Assembly (NCBI GenBank): GCA_964016885.1
Contig: OZ024756.1
Coordinates: 41,912,001-41,976,000, forward strand
Length of the DNA stretch: 64,000 bases
Direction of reading: 5' to 3'
Origin: Eledone cirrhosa
Lineage: Eukaryota
Shown one piece after another: positions 28,102 through 42,229 of the stretch (its first letter is position 1; each line of letters opens with the position of its first letter). The position numbers were made by a program, and so were the translations under genes. The notes below the pieces were generated by a model. It searched no databases. It worked only from the letters and a program-made list of their open reading frames with translations, and was not told the origin of the DNA.

Positions 28102-29665
28102 GATGCTAGACTAACACTTATTGAATTTCAGAATGAATACTGGACCAGAAACACATATAGTAATCTATTTGATATTACTATGGGTTCAAACGATTCTGCC
28201 CAAATTACTGATCTTGTGGGCCTCTTTCTTCTTTTCAACATAAATGCTTCCTTTCCCCACCTTAAAGGTGGTTTATATCGTGATGACTGTCTTCTTCTTT
28301 CCAACAACCTTAGCCTCTCAGAAATAGAAAAAAACAAAAAGCTTATTAGAACTTTCCTTAAAGACTATTACAGTCTTCATATTACTTTTGAAAACACAAG
28401 TAAAGTAGTTAATTTCCTAGATATAACTTTAGACTTAGCTACGGGTATCTACCAACCTTACCATAAACCCAACCAAAACTTACACTACATACACTCACAA
28501 TCTAATCACCCTAAATCTATCCTTAAAAACCTTGCATATAATATATCACTTAGAATTTCTAACCTTTCGTCTAACCAAGATGTATTTGATAAAAATGCGA
28601 CCTTCTATAACGAAGCTCTAGATAGAAGTGGCCACAAAAATAGATTAGAATATATACCTTCTACTAAAAATACAACCTAATATTACCAACAAACACCAAA
28701 TGAAAAGTACACACCTAAATGCCACCCACACTATACCCCAAAATACCAACAACTCTTCTAATATAAAGTATAGTAACTCTCAAAAAACTACTCATCATAC
28801 AACTCTAATAAATGTTAATAATAAAACTCCTAATAAACAAGATAAAACACCTAAATCAATAAATCTAACTAAAAATGTGCGTGGTGAGGTCATTAACATT
28901 AATCCTCCTATTAAACATCACGATACAACCTATAAAAATAATAAACAACATAGAAACCGTAATAGACGAGTTACTTGGTATAATGCTCCATTTAATTTAC
29001 AAATTAAGGATAATATTGCTAAAAAATTTTTTTATATCCTAGAGAAAAACTTCCCGCCAAACCACAAATACCATCAAATCTTAAATAGGTCAACAGTTAA
29101 ATTCTCATACTCAACAACCAAAAACATAAAACAAAATATAAGTGCCTATAATGCATATAAATGTAAAAATACCATAAGTATACCACCAATACATCAAACT
29201 AACCATAATATCTCCTCAAATACAGAATTAACGAAAGGTTGTAACTGTAGAAACAAAGCAAACTGCCCATTAAAAGGAAATTGTCTTGTTAACAACATAG
29301 TTTATAAATGTAAAGTTAAAACTAAAGATTCTATTTGCTCATATATAGGAGCTACTTCTAACAATTTTAAGGTAAGGTTTAATACCCACAAACATAGTTT
29401 TAAAAATGCCGCACTGGCTAATACAACATCTCTAGCAGAAAAAATTAATAGTTATAGAAATAAGAATATAGAATATGATATGACCTGGAGTGTGCTCAAA
29501 AGAGCCACCCCTTATCAAAATAATAGAAATGAATGTAGATTATGTTCCCAAGAACTATTTGAAATAATGAAATCTAAGGATATCCTATTAAATAAGCGAC
29601 AGGAATTAATTATATCGTGTAATCATAAACTGAGAAAAACATTTAAATATTATAAACCTAATTAA
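28102..29665 (+). pseudogene. PLE reverse transcriptase C-terminal part plus GIY-YIG endonuclease, broken in the Asn-rich linker (28680-28700)
   Basis: FDITMGS, GLYRDD, NFLDITL, YIHSQSNHP (RT/thumb); CNCR..CP...C, IVYKC...YIGAT...FKVRFNTH, CRLC, LNKRQEL (GIY-YIG). Confidence 0.92.
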
Positions 29666-30530
29666 TAATATATATTTTAGAAATTAATATATAATTTAAT
29701 TTAAATGTAGTTAACCTATAAATTTAATTTAATTAAAATTCTACTACAGATGAGATTAAAAAATATTGTGTAATCATAAATTGTGAAAAACTTTTAAATA
29801 TTATTAACATAATTAATATATACTTTGTAAATTAATTTATAGATTAATTTTAGTTTATTTAACCTTTTATTAAAATTCCTTTACAGATGAAATATAACAA
29901 AATATCGTGTAATCAATAACAGAGAAATATTTTTTAATATTATAAACCTAATTAATGTACAATTTAGAAATTTATTTATAAATTAATTTTAATTTAGTTA
30001 ACCTATAATTTTAATTTAATTAGCTTAAAATTAAAATTCTAATACAGATGGATTGCAGAATATCATGTAATCATAAACTGAGATAAATTTTTAAATATAT
30101 ACCTAATTAATATATTCTTTACAATTAAATATATATATATATATATATATATATTAATTTTAATTTTTGTTAACCTATAATTATATTCTACTATAGATAA
30201 AATACAAAATCTGCTTTAATTATTATAAACCTAATTAACATATACTATAGAAATTAATATATAATTTTTAATTTAGTTAACCTATAATTTATATTCTACT
30301 ACCGATGAAATACTTGATTTGGTTTTCCCTATTACTAAATTCATTTCCTAATATTGATACCATAATGTTAATATTTTAATTTAGTTATGCTATAATTAAT
30401 ACTCTACTACTGTTTAACTTCAAAATTCCGCTTCAAATATTATAAACCTAAGTAGTATACACCTTAGAAATCAATATATTAACTATTTTTAATTTAGTTA
30501 ACTTATAATTAATAGTCTACTTATATTAAA
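29612..30530 (+). repeat. Degenerate AT-rich tandem repeat (about 120-150-bp units) in the PLE 3' region
   Basis: Recurrent TGTAATCATAAACTGAG...TATTATAAACCTAATTAAT...TTAGTTAACCTATAA; first unit overlaps the ORF end. Confidence 0.7.
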
Positions 30531-31381
30531 ATGCATAATTTTGCCTTCTTTCTTACATTTCCAAATACTGAAACTACTATGTAAACACATATTATGATCT
30601 AAATGCAGATTAATATTCTATGTTCCTTGAAACCTATATTTACTATTTCCCACTAATAATTTTAATCCCCCCCCCCTATAATTATTTGTATTTGTAAGCG
30701 TGGATGTATGTATGTGTATGTAAGTAGGTATGTATGTTTGGGTGTTTGTATGTGAGTATAAAAATACATATGTGCGCATGTAAATAAGCGCGTATGACTG
30801 TATATATATATATATATGTATGTATGTATGTATATGTATATATATGTATATATATGTGTGTATATATATGTCTATATATATATATATATATGTGTATATA
30901 TGTATATATATATATATATATATGTGTATGTATATGTGTGTGTGTGTGTGTATATATATTTATGTGTATGTATATATCTATATATATATATATATATATA
31001 TGTATATGTGTGTATGTATATCTCTTTATTTATGTATGTCTGAGTTGTGTGAGCGTGTGGTTGTATGTGTATATACATACATGGATATGTGTATGTGTGT
31101 GTATATATACGTATATGTATGTGTGTGTGTGTGTATGTGTATATATATATATATATATGTGTGTATATATGTGTGTATATATATGTGTGTGTATGTATAT
31201 ATGTATATGTATGTATGTGTGTATGTGTATGTACATATATGTGTATATATGTATGTGTGTTGGGAATATATGTGTATATATATATGTGTGTATGTATGTG
31301 TGTCTATGTATTTATATATGTATATGTATGTGTCTCTATGTATATATGTATGTATGTATATGTATGTATATATGTATATAT

Positions 31382-31415
<34 letters not shown>

Positions 31416-32019
31416 ATGTATATCGGTGTGTATTTTATGTATGAGTATATATTTTACTTGTTTATATTTTTTTTAATATATTTCTTTTTATTTCTAAATT
31501 TATAGATACATTTTATAAATAGGCAGTTCTCTGACACCCTTAGTAATTACTGACCCCCTTTACCTAATTCTGCATCTAGATGTAAAAATATATGTAGCAG
31601 TGTTTATGTGTGCGCCTTTATTTCCATATAGTTATAATAATAATATATACATATGTGTGTGTATGTTCGTGGGTATGTGTATGTTTATGTGTATATGCGC
31701 GTGTGTGTGTGAATGTATGTATATATATGTGTGTATATATGAATGTATATATGTTTATATGCGCATGTGTATTTTATCTGTAGATTATAAACATACAGAG
31801 ACATTAGCCCTGAATTTTTGTATTTACATACATTTTTTCAGCATGCGTATGCATGTGAACATATATTTTTATGCATATCTGTGAACGAAGTTACTTACAT
31901 ATATACACACACCTAACTGTATTTTCTTGATATATTTTTGTGTATTTCATTGGTCAATTTGAACTCTGCTCCCAAACAGACCTGTAATTTTGAATTGTTG
32001 TTATTATCAATAAATATAT

Positions 32020-32172
32020 TTCATTATTTCTGAAGACGGCATATGTATGTGTTGGTATGTATATTATATTTGATAGTTTGTATAATTTTGTATAATTTTG
32101 TACATAGATCTGTTGAATATGCATACCAATTCTAACACATATATGTCCTAGAAACGATCGTTAAATAATGAA
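32020..32172 (+). ncRNA. pLTR hammerhead ribozyme with very long stem II
   Basis: 10-bp stem I ttcattattt/aaataatgaa; CTGAAGA; about 114-nt stem II; GAAA; palindromic cgatcg stem III; GUU triplet. Confidence 0.78.
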
Positions 32173-32228
32173 CTTTTTTTGTTTAATATAAGGAACTGTT
32201 TCATTGTTTTATTCATTATTTTTTTAAT

Positions 32229-32275
<47 letters not shown>

Positions 32276-32675
32276 ATATACATGTATGTATGTATATATA
32301 TATGTATGTATATATAAAGTGACAATAAGAATTGCAACTGTTTGTAAACTTTATTACATATTACAATTGTTTCCATATTGATGAGGTCAGGTTTGATCAT
32401 GTGATCCCGACTCTTAACTTCAGATATGAGATGATGACCCCATATATTGGGGTGTAACATTAATTCCCGCCGTTGTTATAAAACTTCTAAATAAAAAAAA
32501 ACGACGGGAATTTGTTACAGCCAATATATGTGTATATAACAGTGACCCCATATATATAATGTTTGTGTGTATAACAAAGTTATTGGAATTTACTGTATTT
32601 ATGTTTGATAATGATTAAAGAAAATCAGAAATAAAAAAATTATTGCAATTCATTGAAATGAATGTAAAATAAAAG

Positions 32676-32759
32676 ATGATGATGGCTGGAGAGACAAGAA
32701 GACAAAGGCCCAGGAACAAGGATTCAAGCATCTTTACAAAGAATGTTGTAATCAGGGAA
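32676..32759 (+). CDS. Probable upstream coding exon of an uncharacterised protein (MMMAGETRRQRPRNKDSSIFTKNVVIRE)
   Basis: ATG start, open 84 nt, phase-0 GT donor (weak, gtattt) compatible with the exon at 35138. Confidence 0.4.
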
Positions 32760-33213
32760 GTATTTAATTAAATATTTGTTTATTATACACCTCATCATTT
32801 TTACAGGTACTATACTAGTATATATATATAACAAATAGTTTATCGCTCTAGATGGCTGGATACAATAAAGGTAATTTGAGTTTTTTTAATATTAATAACA
32901 TTCTTTTGCAATTATGCAAACCAACCCCTTTTTAGGCAATGGCAGTAGAATGACCCCATCATTCTTGCTCTTGTATTGGCAAGTAAACAGAACTGCAGGC
33001 AATAATGTTTCTGGGTGATTACCCTTCATCAGTACAGTATACTGCTTACCTGCCAACTCTCAGAGGTAGTGAAAATATGATATTTTCTGAAATATACAGT
33101 GACTGATTGGCCTGATTTGCATATTGGCAGACTGGCTGATCAGTCAGATAGGCCAGTCATTCTCATGTATACGAGCAATTAATGACCTGCTTTGCCATAT
33201 TCAAATAACTAAC

Positions 33214-33256
<43 letters not shown>

Positions 33257-33479
33257 ATAATAAGTAAGACTAAAATCCAAAGGGGGGCTCGATAAGGATT
33301 ATATATATATATAAAATATATATACAAAAAAACTCGTAGAGCAAATATTTATTATAAGTAGAGATTAAAGTTTAAGCAAAGAATCGCTGCTTTCACCCTT
33401 TTACGGGATCTTTGCTTAAACTTTAATCTGTACATATAATATATATATATATATTATATGTACATTAAGGATGTCGAAC

Positions 33480-33880
<401 letters not shown>

Positions 33881-34288
33881 GTGTGTGTGTGTCATCATCA
33901 TCATCGTCATCACCGTTTTACGTCCGTTCTTTCACGCTAGCATGGGTTAGACGGGTTGTCCTGTTGTGGGCAGTGTCTGGTCGGCTGACCATGCCTTGCT
34001 CATACAGGAACTGGTCTGGCTTGATTTCTACAGCTGGATGCCCTTCCTAACACCAACCTCATTTACAGTGAGTGCTGGGTGCTTTTTCGTGGCGCCTACA
34101 CGTCCACTTTACAGTGTGGGCTGGGTGCTTTTTTGCCGTGGCACCTCCACGACCACCTTGCGGTGTGGGGGCATATTGTCTATATGCTTCAGCTTGTACC
34201 CATGGGAGGTCGGGTACTCTGTATTACTGCGTGACGCCAGAAGTCACGGTCGTGTGTCATTGTCTTTGAGAGGTGCTTTGTGTGTGTG

Positions 34289-34385
<97 letters not shown>

Positions 34386-34472
34386 ATATATACATATGTG
34401 TGTGTGTATATATATATATATGTGTGTATATATATATAAGTGTGGGTATATATATATATATATGTGTGTGTG

Positions 34473-34513
<41 letters not shown>

Positions 34514-35137
34514 ATAGTTGGGGAGGGTCATATTGTTGAAATATAACCAGAAATAATAACAGAACACTGTTTGGTTGTTTTTCGCTTCTGTATCTTTTAT
34601 ATCTCCATAGTTAATTTATTTGGCAATCACCGTTTATATTAAACAGCCTCCCATAGTTTGTGTCGACCAACTTTAATTCACCGATTATTGATCGGTCTGA
34701 AGCAGCAACAGAAAACATTTGTTCAATGTTCTTTACACTGGAATAGAACCCACTACCATTTGGTAGCAATGTAAACATCTTAACCTCACAGCCATACCTG
34801 CACCATATATTTCCACAAGAAAGTTTAGGGTGTAAAACCGAAGAAAAAAAAAAAGGCAAGATGAAGTTATTTTTCTGAAAAGATGATGTAAACGAAAGAT
34901 GTTTATATTGACTCTAATCTGAAAAAAGATATTTGGTCTAAAGACCTGTAACATATACCTTCTCTTAGATTCTCTACACACTTGTCTTTCACATTACAAG
35001 TGTTACTTCCAAAGGTGTCCAGATGATTCATTAAGGAAGTACTGTACCATTTCTTTTAATTTTATGTTTTTTAGATAAAAATAGAAAAAATATTTTATTA
35101 TCAAGTCTGATATTAGTTTGTTTATTTTATTTTCTAG

Positions 35138-36574
35138 CATCAGAAACCTGGAGAAGGCCTCATTCAAGCCCACTGCTGTCGGACACTTCAAAAAAGCCAT
35201 TGTGATGGTTCTAGTAACGCATGTGCAATGCCCTGCTGTATGGAGGACTTAAAACTACAGTCTCCAAAGAGGACGTCATGCTTACCTAACTTTGGGTTGC
35301 TGAAGTCATCAGAACGTTATCAGGAAAACAGGCGCCTGGTATGGAACCGGCCACTACTGTCAACGAGAAACTTTAGCTTCCCTAAACTCGGCACACGGCA
35401 GGTTGAACGCAAAATTGCAATCGCAAAATCAGAAAAGACAATTGACAAAGATTTGGAGCTGGTATCTTGTGGCATCAAACCACCAAGACCAAAGACAAAC
35501 AGCCAAACGCTTCATTTTGATTTCAGCCGACCTGAGAGCCATGATGATGATATGGACGAGGAAGATGATAGAAATAAAAGTTCAGAAAAACTTCTTGGAG
35601 ACATTTCAGATTTTACACGAGATGCTCCAAACACCTTCCGTCGGAGTAAGTCAACTTTCATGCCCATACCACAAGTGACTGAAACGCAATTTAATGTCAG
35701 TTTGACAGATGAATTAAACCCAGCAGATGAAGAAATCTATGCTCAAAGTACACCCCGGACTAAAGATTTATCTATGACAACGGCAAGTTCAAGCAAAGTA
35801 CTGACAAACCCTCTTTTCTCATCAGAAAACCATTCACCACAATCATCATCTTATAAAACTGCCACAATCAGTCACCAGATGAATAATTTGAATAACAGCC
35901 AGGCTAAGTCCCCCAAATACATATCAATGCAACGTGAACCTCACTATGCTACAGCTCAAAGAATCCAAACTTACAATAAAAGTCCAGCAACCAATATACA
36001 GTGTACAACAGACCCTCAGTACAGTAGCAGTTCTTCAATGATGTCCTTTACAAGCCCACTCATCACACAAAAGCCTGTCACCTCTAATTTGAGCAACTAT
36101 GCCACTTCAAAGATTACTCCTGCACATATTTCTGCACCAGTATTTGAGCCGAAATACAGCAGTAACTCTCCTTTATCAAATCTTAGTAACTGTTCAATGT
36201 CACCAGAGATGAAATATGCAGATGTCACTTCTTTGATGACATCAACATCTCCAGGACTAATGACTAGCACGTATTCTGGGACAATGCCAATACGAACTCA
36301 GTTTAATCGCATCTCACAGATGGCTGCAAAGTGCCAGACCAAAGGTATCCTCAAAAATAACAGTTCCAGCAGTCAGAGCTCCTTAGAGACACATTCCTCC
36401 AACACACAGTACCCTGTTTATGAAAGCATTGATGATTTACGATACATTGATGACACATCAAGTGAAACATCATCATTCATGGAACAAAGAATAAATGGTA
36501 CTGAGGATGTCAACAGAATGAGGCCACCTAGTAACCATAGAGTAAGCAGTAGTGCTGTCTCTGCTGTTTTATAG
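35138..36574 (+). CDS. Large terminal exon of an uncharacterised Ser/Thr/Pro-rich, probably disordered protein
   Basis: ttttctag acceptor at 35137, 479 codons including stop, non-repetitive coding-like composition. Confidence 0.85.
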   Translation, partial: HQKPGEGLIQAHCCRTLQKSHCDGSSNACAMPCCMEDLKLQSPKRTSCLPNFGLLKSSERYQENRRLVWNRPLLSTRNFSFPKLGTRQVERKIAIAKSEKTIDKDLELVSCGIKPPRPKTNSQTLHFDFSRPESHDDDMDEEDDRNKSSEKLLGDISDFTRDAPNTFRRSKSTFMPIPQVTETQFNVSLTDELNPADEEIYAQSTPRTKDLSMTTASSSKVLTNPLFSSENHSPQSSSYKTATISHQMNNLNNSQAKSPKYISMQREPHYATAQRIQTYNKSPATNIQCTTDPQYSSSSSMMSFTSPLITQKPVTSNLSNYATSKITPAHISAPVFEPKYSSNSPLSNLSNCSMSPEMKYADVTSLMTSTSPGLMTSTYSGTMPIRTQFNRISQMAAKCQTKGILKNNSSSSQSSLETHSSNTQYPVYESIDDLRYIDDTSSETSSFMEQRINGTEDVNRMRPPSNHRVSSSAVSAVL

Positions 36575-37510
36575 TCTCTAAGGACATTGCTACCATCAAG
36601 ACCAACTAAGCAGGCCCCTAGAGTGCAGACCTCAGAGAGTTACGTTACAGAATCTTACAGGGATCATAGTTTTATACAGAGACTGGGTTACCATGAATAC
36701 CAAATAACAGCCCCCTAGAGTGCAAACCTCAGAGAGTTACGTTACAGATCCAGTTGGTTCTGCTTGTAAAATCTGTCCAGTGATTCTTTCCTAAGGCATT
36801 TTAACTACATGCTCATAGTACCAGAACTGTGATCTTTCAATTTGGTTAAGTAGCGTCTCTACCTGGAATGAATCTCTGATCTCCAAGCTACACACTCTAT
36901 TGAGTAACACTACTTCAAAGACCCTTTGGAGGAACCCCATTTAATCCACTTGTATTCGCGATTATATTCTTTCAGTAATTGCTTCTTTAAAGTAAAAAGA
37001 CCAATGAACACATTGTTTCCTTGGTTTAAGCTGACAATCAGCTCCTTTCTGCTACGTATTTTATTTAAATATCAATATGTACATATGTTTAAATCTACAT
37101 GACATTAAGAACAATAACATTGTTTTAATTTAATCTTTGTTTCATTTGTAAAGAATTCATCTTATTAATGCATAATAAAACAGTGGTAAATTGACAGAAT
37201 TGGTAGAGCATTGTGACATTTATTTACACCTTTTTTTCATTCTGAGTCTAAATCTTGTCAAGACCAACTTTTCCTTTCATCCTTCTGGGGTTGATTTAAT
37301 TAAGTTTCCCTTCCCCTCAAATTGCTAGCAATGTGTTTATGTTAGAAACAGTTAATACATAATGAAAAAATCTCTGAGCAGTGCAGCAACATACTACTAC
37401 GTCCATCTCTGGGGCAAAAACGTAAACACACTTTTTCCTCTCTGTTTTTTCTCTGCTTGTTTCCTTAAAGTTTACCATCATTCCGTTAGTATACATCTCT
37501 TACACAATTT

Positions 37511-37568
37511 ACACCTGATGAGGTCACTGGGTTCTGACCCAACCTGGCCACTGAAATGTGCATAGTGT
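37511..37568 (+). ncRNA. Type-I hammerhead ribozyme
   Basis: acac-CTGATGA-stem II-GAAA-tgtgca-TA-gtgt, followed by AATAAA. Confidence 0.65.
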
Positions 37569-37786
37569 TTACAGTAATAAATAATTTAGGAAATTCAACA
37601 TATTGGGCCTCCTGTCGTTTCACTTTACAATACATTTATTCTGTTCCCGCACCATCAACATGATTCAACATTGAAGATGGTTCAGTTGCATAACGTTGAG
37701 TGCTTTTCTCATATTATCTCCTGGTTAACATTGCAGAATGACCAATTCTACCAAGTGGTAAACCACCAAATTTAAACGTATATGTG

Positions 37787-37820
<34 letters not shown>

Positions 37821-37821
37821 T

Positions 37822-39103
37822 ATGTGTGTGAAGCACGGCCTAGAATCAAAAGGCCTTAAAATTAACCTGGCTAAGACTAAAGTTCTAGTTTGTAGGAAAG
37901 AAAATAAGGCGCCGGTCCCTTCCGGGAAATGGCCATGCTCAGTGTGTAGGAAAGGCGTAGGTAGAAACTCCATTTTATGTCCCAAATGCAAAGTATGGGT
38001 GCATAAAAGATGTAGTGGGATCACAGGTTAGCTTACTAAGAATATAGATTTTATATGTGGCCTGTGCTCTGGTGCAATAAGTAGCAGGAAGTGCCCACAG
38101 AATACTAACTCATTCCATTGCACAGATTGTTCTATAGAAATAGTGGACAGCTTCCGTTACCTGGGTGACAAAATCAGCAGTGGGGGAGGGTGCTCTGAAA
38201 GTACAGTAGCTAGAGTCAGAACTGGATGGAAAAAGTTCAGAGAGCTTATACCACTATTAGCTGCTAAAGGGTTCTCCCTAAAAATGAAAAGCAGGTTGTA
38301 TGATGCCTGCATACGAACAGCAATGTTGCATGGCAGTGAGACCTGGGCATTGTGCGCAGAGGATATACGCAGACTAGAGAGGAACGAAGCTTGCATGCTC
38401 CGCTGGATGTGTAACAGTAATATACGCGAACGGCAAAGCATAAACGAACTAAGGAAAAAATTAGAAATAAGAGGGATCAGATGTTGTTTACTCGAGAGAA
38501 GGCTACGTTGGTATGGACACGTGATGCGCATGAAAGACGACAGCTGTATAACAAAGTGCAGGGCAATAAAGATAGACGGTAGCCACGGAGTAGGCAGACC
38601 CAGAAAAACCTGGGACGAGCTGATAAATTCCGACCTCACACACTTACACCTCTCCAAGACAATGTCACTGGACCGAGACCTTTGGCGGTACTCAGTAATA
38701 GAGAAGACCCGCCTTACCTAAATACAAAGTAAAACCTACTACAGTCAGTAGGCATCTCTAACAAAATACACCCCCGTCCCACCACCCCCACCCCATCCAC
38801 ACCGCCCCTTTCAATGTACAGTTATGTTGGTGCCACAAAATCCAGGCCGAAACAAATGAGATCGTGTAGGTGTCACGACAAAAAAACACACAGTCCACGC
38901 TGTAATGTGGCCGTGTAGGTAACACGGTAAAAACCTGCCAGCCCCACACTGTAAATGTGGTTGGTGTTAGGAAGGGCATCCAGCCGTAGAAAACCTGCCA
39001 GACAGTCCTATGCGAGCAAGACAACCACTCTTGCCTCAAGTGGGAAAACTCCCGTCCAAACCCATGCAAGCGTGGAACATGGACGTTAAACGATGATGAT
39101 GAT
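37822..39103 (+). mobile_element. RTE-clade LINE 3' portion (RT end with Cys-rich insertion, 3' UTR, (GAT)n tail); premature stop at 38031
   Basis: GLKINLAKTK, CSVC..CPKC..WVHKRC, FRYLG, RRLRWYGHV, GRPRKTW. Confidence 0.9.
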
Positions 39104-39131
39104 GTGTGTGTGTGTGTGTTAGGTAATTCCA

Positions 39132-39362
39132 AAGGAAAAGCAAAGGGAAAAAGAGTGCTCTATGTATAAAACAGAGCTATTTAATTAGAAAGTGAACAAC
39201 ACAAAATATAACTACTCCATTACCAAAGGTTTCTGGATCACAGACAATAATAATATACGTCTGGATCTCTGTCAGACGAACGATCCAGACATATATTATT
39301 GTCTGTGATCCAGAAACCTTTGGTAATGGAGTAGTTATATTTTGTGTTGTTCACTTTCTAAT
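39132..39362. mobile_element. Fold-back hammerhead-bearing short element (family shared with 11609-11990 and 41680-41890)
   Basis: About 90-bp inverted arms containing GAAACCTTTGGTAATGGAG; core CAGACGA variant; shared tail AAGAGTGCTCTATGTA. Confidence 0.75.
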
Positions 39363-39697
39363 ATATATATAGAGAGAGATATAGATAGATAGAGAGGATA
39401 TAGATAGATAGATAGAGAGGATATAGATAGATAGATAGAGAGGATATAGATAGATAGATAGAGAGGATATAGATAGATAGATAGAGAGGATATAGATAGA
39501 TAGAGAGGATATAGATAGATAGATAGATAGAGAGGATATAGATAGATAGATAGATAGAGAGGATATAGATAGATAGATAGATAGAGATTATATATATATA
39601 TAGAGAGAGAGAGATTATATATATATATATAGAGAGAGAGAGATAGATAGATAGAGAGGATATAGATAGATAGATAGATAGAGAGGATATAGATAGA

Positions 39698-40630
39698 TTT
39701 CTTTATTAGCCACAAGGGCGCAACAAGAAAGGGGACAATACAAAGACATGCTGGGGATTTTACATACAGTCGTGTAAAAATTATAAAAACAAACAATTTC
39801 AACAATCGAAATCCCCAATAGGGGGGAGGCGCCACAAATGGGTTGTTTAATACCCCGTCGATAGAACAACCCTCAACTCGAGGAGCGTGTTGTGCAAGTG
39901 CTCCTTTGTTCCTTTTGCTCTCTTCCTCAACCTACAGGCTTATAAACAGAGAAGGCCCAATCACTCGGGCCATTTTCGCTTCATTCACCCACCTTTCAGT
40001 AAATTTACTGGGGTGCAGTGCCTCTCTCTCCACCCTGATTCTCCTTCTAAAGTGATACTTAAAGAAGGGAATCAATTGTTGTCTGGAGAGAAAGGCATCT
40101 GTCCTCAGTCCTCTCAACCTCGTCCACCATATAACTTCTTTCACCATAGCCACCGTACAGAGGAAAACCGCCTCTCTTTCGTTTTTGAAAGAGTCTGGCG
40201 GTTTGATCCTTACTATGGACTCGGCAGTCAACTGTATTTGTCCCATACGCGACAGCAGTTGTTCTGCATAGTTCCACAGGTCGCTTACGCCCAGGCAGTG
40301 TACAATTGCGTGCAGAACTGTTTCAATGTCCTGCGCACATCTTGGACACGTCCGTGCCTGTAGATCTTGTCACGAACCGGTAGAGCTCCTCGGTAGCACT
40401 GCCAGGCCAGGGACCTCTGGAAGTTGTCCATAGGTCCCGGGCGGAAAGTCCTACCAAACAGACTGGTGAGCTCATCGTCTTCGACGCCCAGAGTCTCTCT
40501 GAGCACGTCGTCGCCCTTGTAACGTACAATCCCTCTATAGAATGTCGAGGTGGAGTCTCCACTGATTGCTGCGCCCGCTTGCCAGAGGACTGTGAGCGCC
40601 TGAGCGCATTCAATGTGCCAGGCGCCCATC
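39698..40630 (-). mobile_element. L1/Tx1-like LINE 3' fragment (zf-RVT region), frameshifted
   Basis: RSLAWQCYRGALPVRDKIYRHG motif; GC-rich block flanked by (GATA)n-derived repeats. Confidence 0.7.
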
Positions 40631-40714
40631 GAGAGAGGATATAGATAGATAGATAGAGAGGATATATATATATATATAGAGAGAGAGATTATATATATAT
40701 ATAGAGAGAGAGAT

Positions 40715-40750
<36 letters not shown>

Positions 40751-40751
40751 T

Positions 40752-41200
40752 TCATCATCATCATCATCATCGTTTAACGTCCATCTTCCACGCTTGCATG
40801 GGTTTGGACAGGAATTTTCCCACTTGAGGCAAGAGTGGTTGTCTTGCTCGCATAGGACTGTCTGGCGGGTTTTCTACAGCTGGATGCCCTTCCTAACACC
40901 AACTACGTTTACAGTGTGGACTGGGAGCTTTTTACCGTGTTACCTACACGGCCACATTACAGCGTGGACTGTGTGTTTTTTTGTCGTGACACCTACACGA
41001 CCTCATTTGTTTAGGACTGGATGCTGTGGTACCAACATAACTTTACATTTAAGGGGGTGGTGTGGATGGGGTGGGGGTAGTGGGACGGGGGTGTATTTTG
41101 TTAGACTGTAGGTTTCGCTTTGTACTTAGGCAAGGCGGGTCTTCTGTATTACTGTGTAGCGCCAAAGATCTCGGTCCAGTGACATTGTCTTGGAGAGGTG
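40752..41200 (-). mobile_element. RTE LINE 3' end
   Basis: Reverse complement of 38650-39103. Confidence 0.85.
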
Positions 41201-41235
41201 CAAGAGATTATATATATATATATAGAGAGAGAGAT

Positions 41236-41269
<34 letters not shown>

Positions 41270-41270
41270 T

Positions 41271-41302
<32 letters not shown>

Positions 41303-41303
41303 T

Positions 41304-41386
<83 letters not shown>

Positions 41387-41387
41387 T

Positions 41388-41429
<42 letters not shown>

Positions 41430-41461
41430 TTATATATATATATATATAGAGAGAGAGAGAT

Positions 41462-41500
<39 letters not shown>

Positions 41501-41800
41501 TATATATATATAGAGAGAGAGAGAGAGATTATATATATATATATATAGAGAGAGAGAGTCAATAAGCAGTCACTTTTGTTATGAAACTTTATTTCATATT
41601 ACAATTGTTTCGATATCGATCAGCCCAGATTTGATCACGTGGTCACATACAAATATATATATATTATGTTAAGTATTTCCGAAGAAAAAGCAAAGGAAAA
41701 AAGAGTGCTCTATGTACAGAACAGAGCTATTTAATTAGAAAGTGAACAACACAATATATACCTACTCCATTACCAAAGGTTTCATATAGAGAGGTTATCT

Positions 41801-41868
41801 TTCTATCTGATGAGTGAACCAGACATATGTTAATATTGTCCAGGGTCCTGAAACCTTTGGTAATGGAG
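41801..41868 (+). ncRNA. Type-I hammerhead ribozyme in fold-back element 41680-41890
   Basis: ttctat-CTGATGA-stem II-GAAA-cctttgg-TA-atggag. Confidence 0.72.
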
Positions 41869-42178
41869 TAGTTATATATTGTGTTGTTCAATTTCTCTCT
41901 ATATATATACATGGCTTAGTGGTTAGAGCATTGGGCTTGCAATCGAAAGGTTGTGAGTTCAATTGCTCCTCCTTAAGGTTGACTTCTAAATCATTTGGGT
42001 GTTCTATAAACCACATACTCGTTTTGTTTCACATCTATCTAGACTATATTTTAACTTGTAATCCCTGTTTCATTTCTGCCGCACATCATTTCTCCCCTTC
42101 CTATATCTCTCTCTCTCTTTCTCTCTGTGATTTTTAAATCTACTATGATTTGGGCTTATATATATATGTGTGTGTGTG

Positions 42179-42227
<49 letters not shown>

Positions 42228-42229
<2 letters not shown>

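Larger units (their letters stand above)
27663..32234 (+). mobile_element. 5'-truncated Penelope-like retroelement with inverted pLTRs (27797-28101 and 31920-32234)
   Basis: About 305-bp near-perfect inverted repeats flank RT and GIY-YIG coding sequence; both ends abut (TA)n. Confidence 0.9.

Noticed and set aside
41910-41965. tRNA-like sequences (also 51807 and 59765)
   Set aside because: SINE heads with A/B boxes but no complete cloverleaf or acceptor stem
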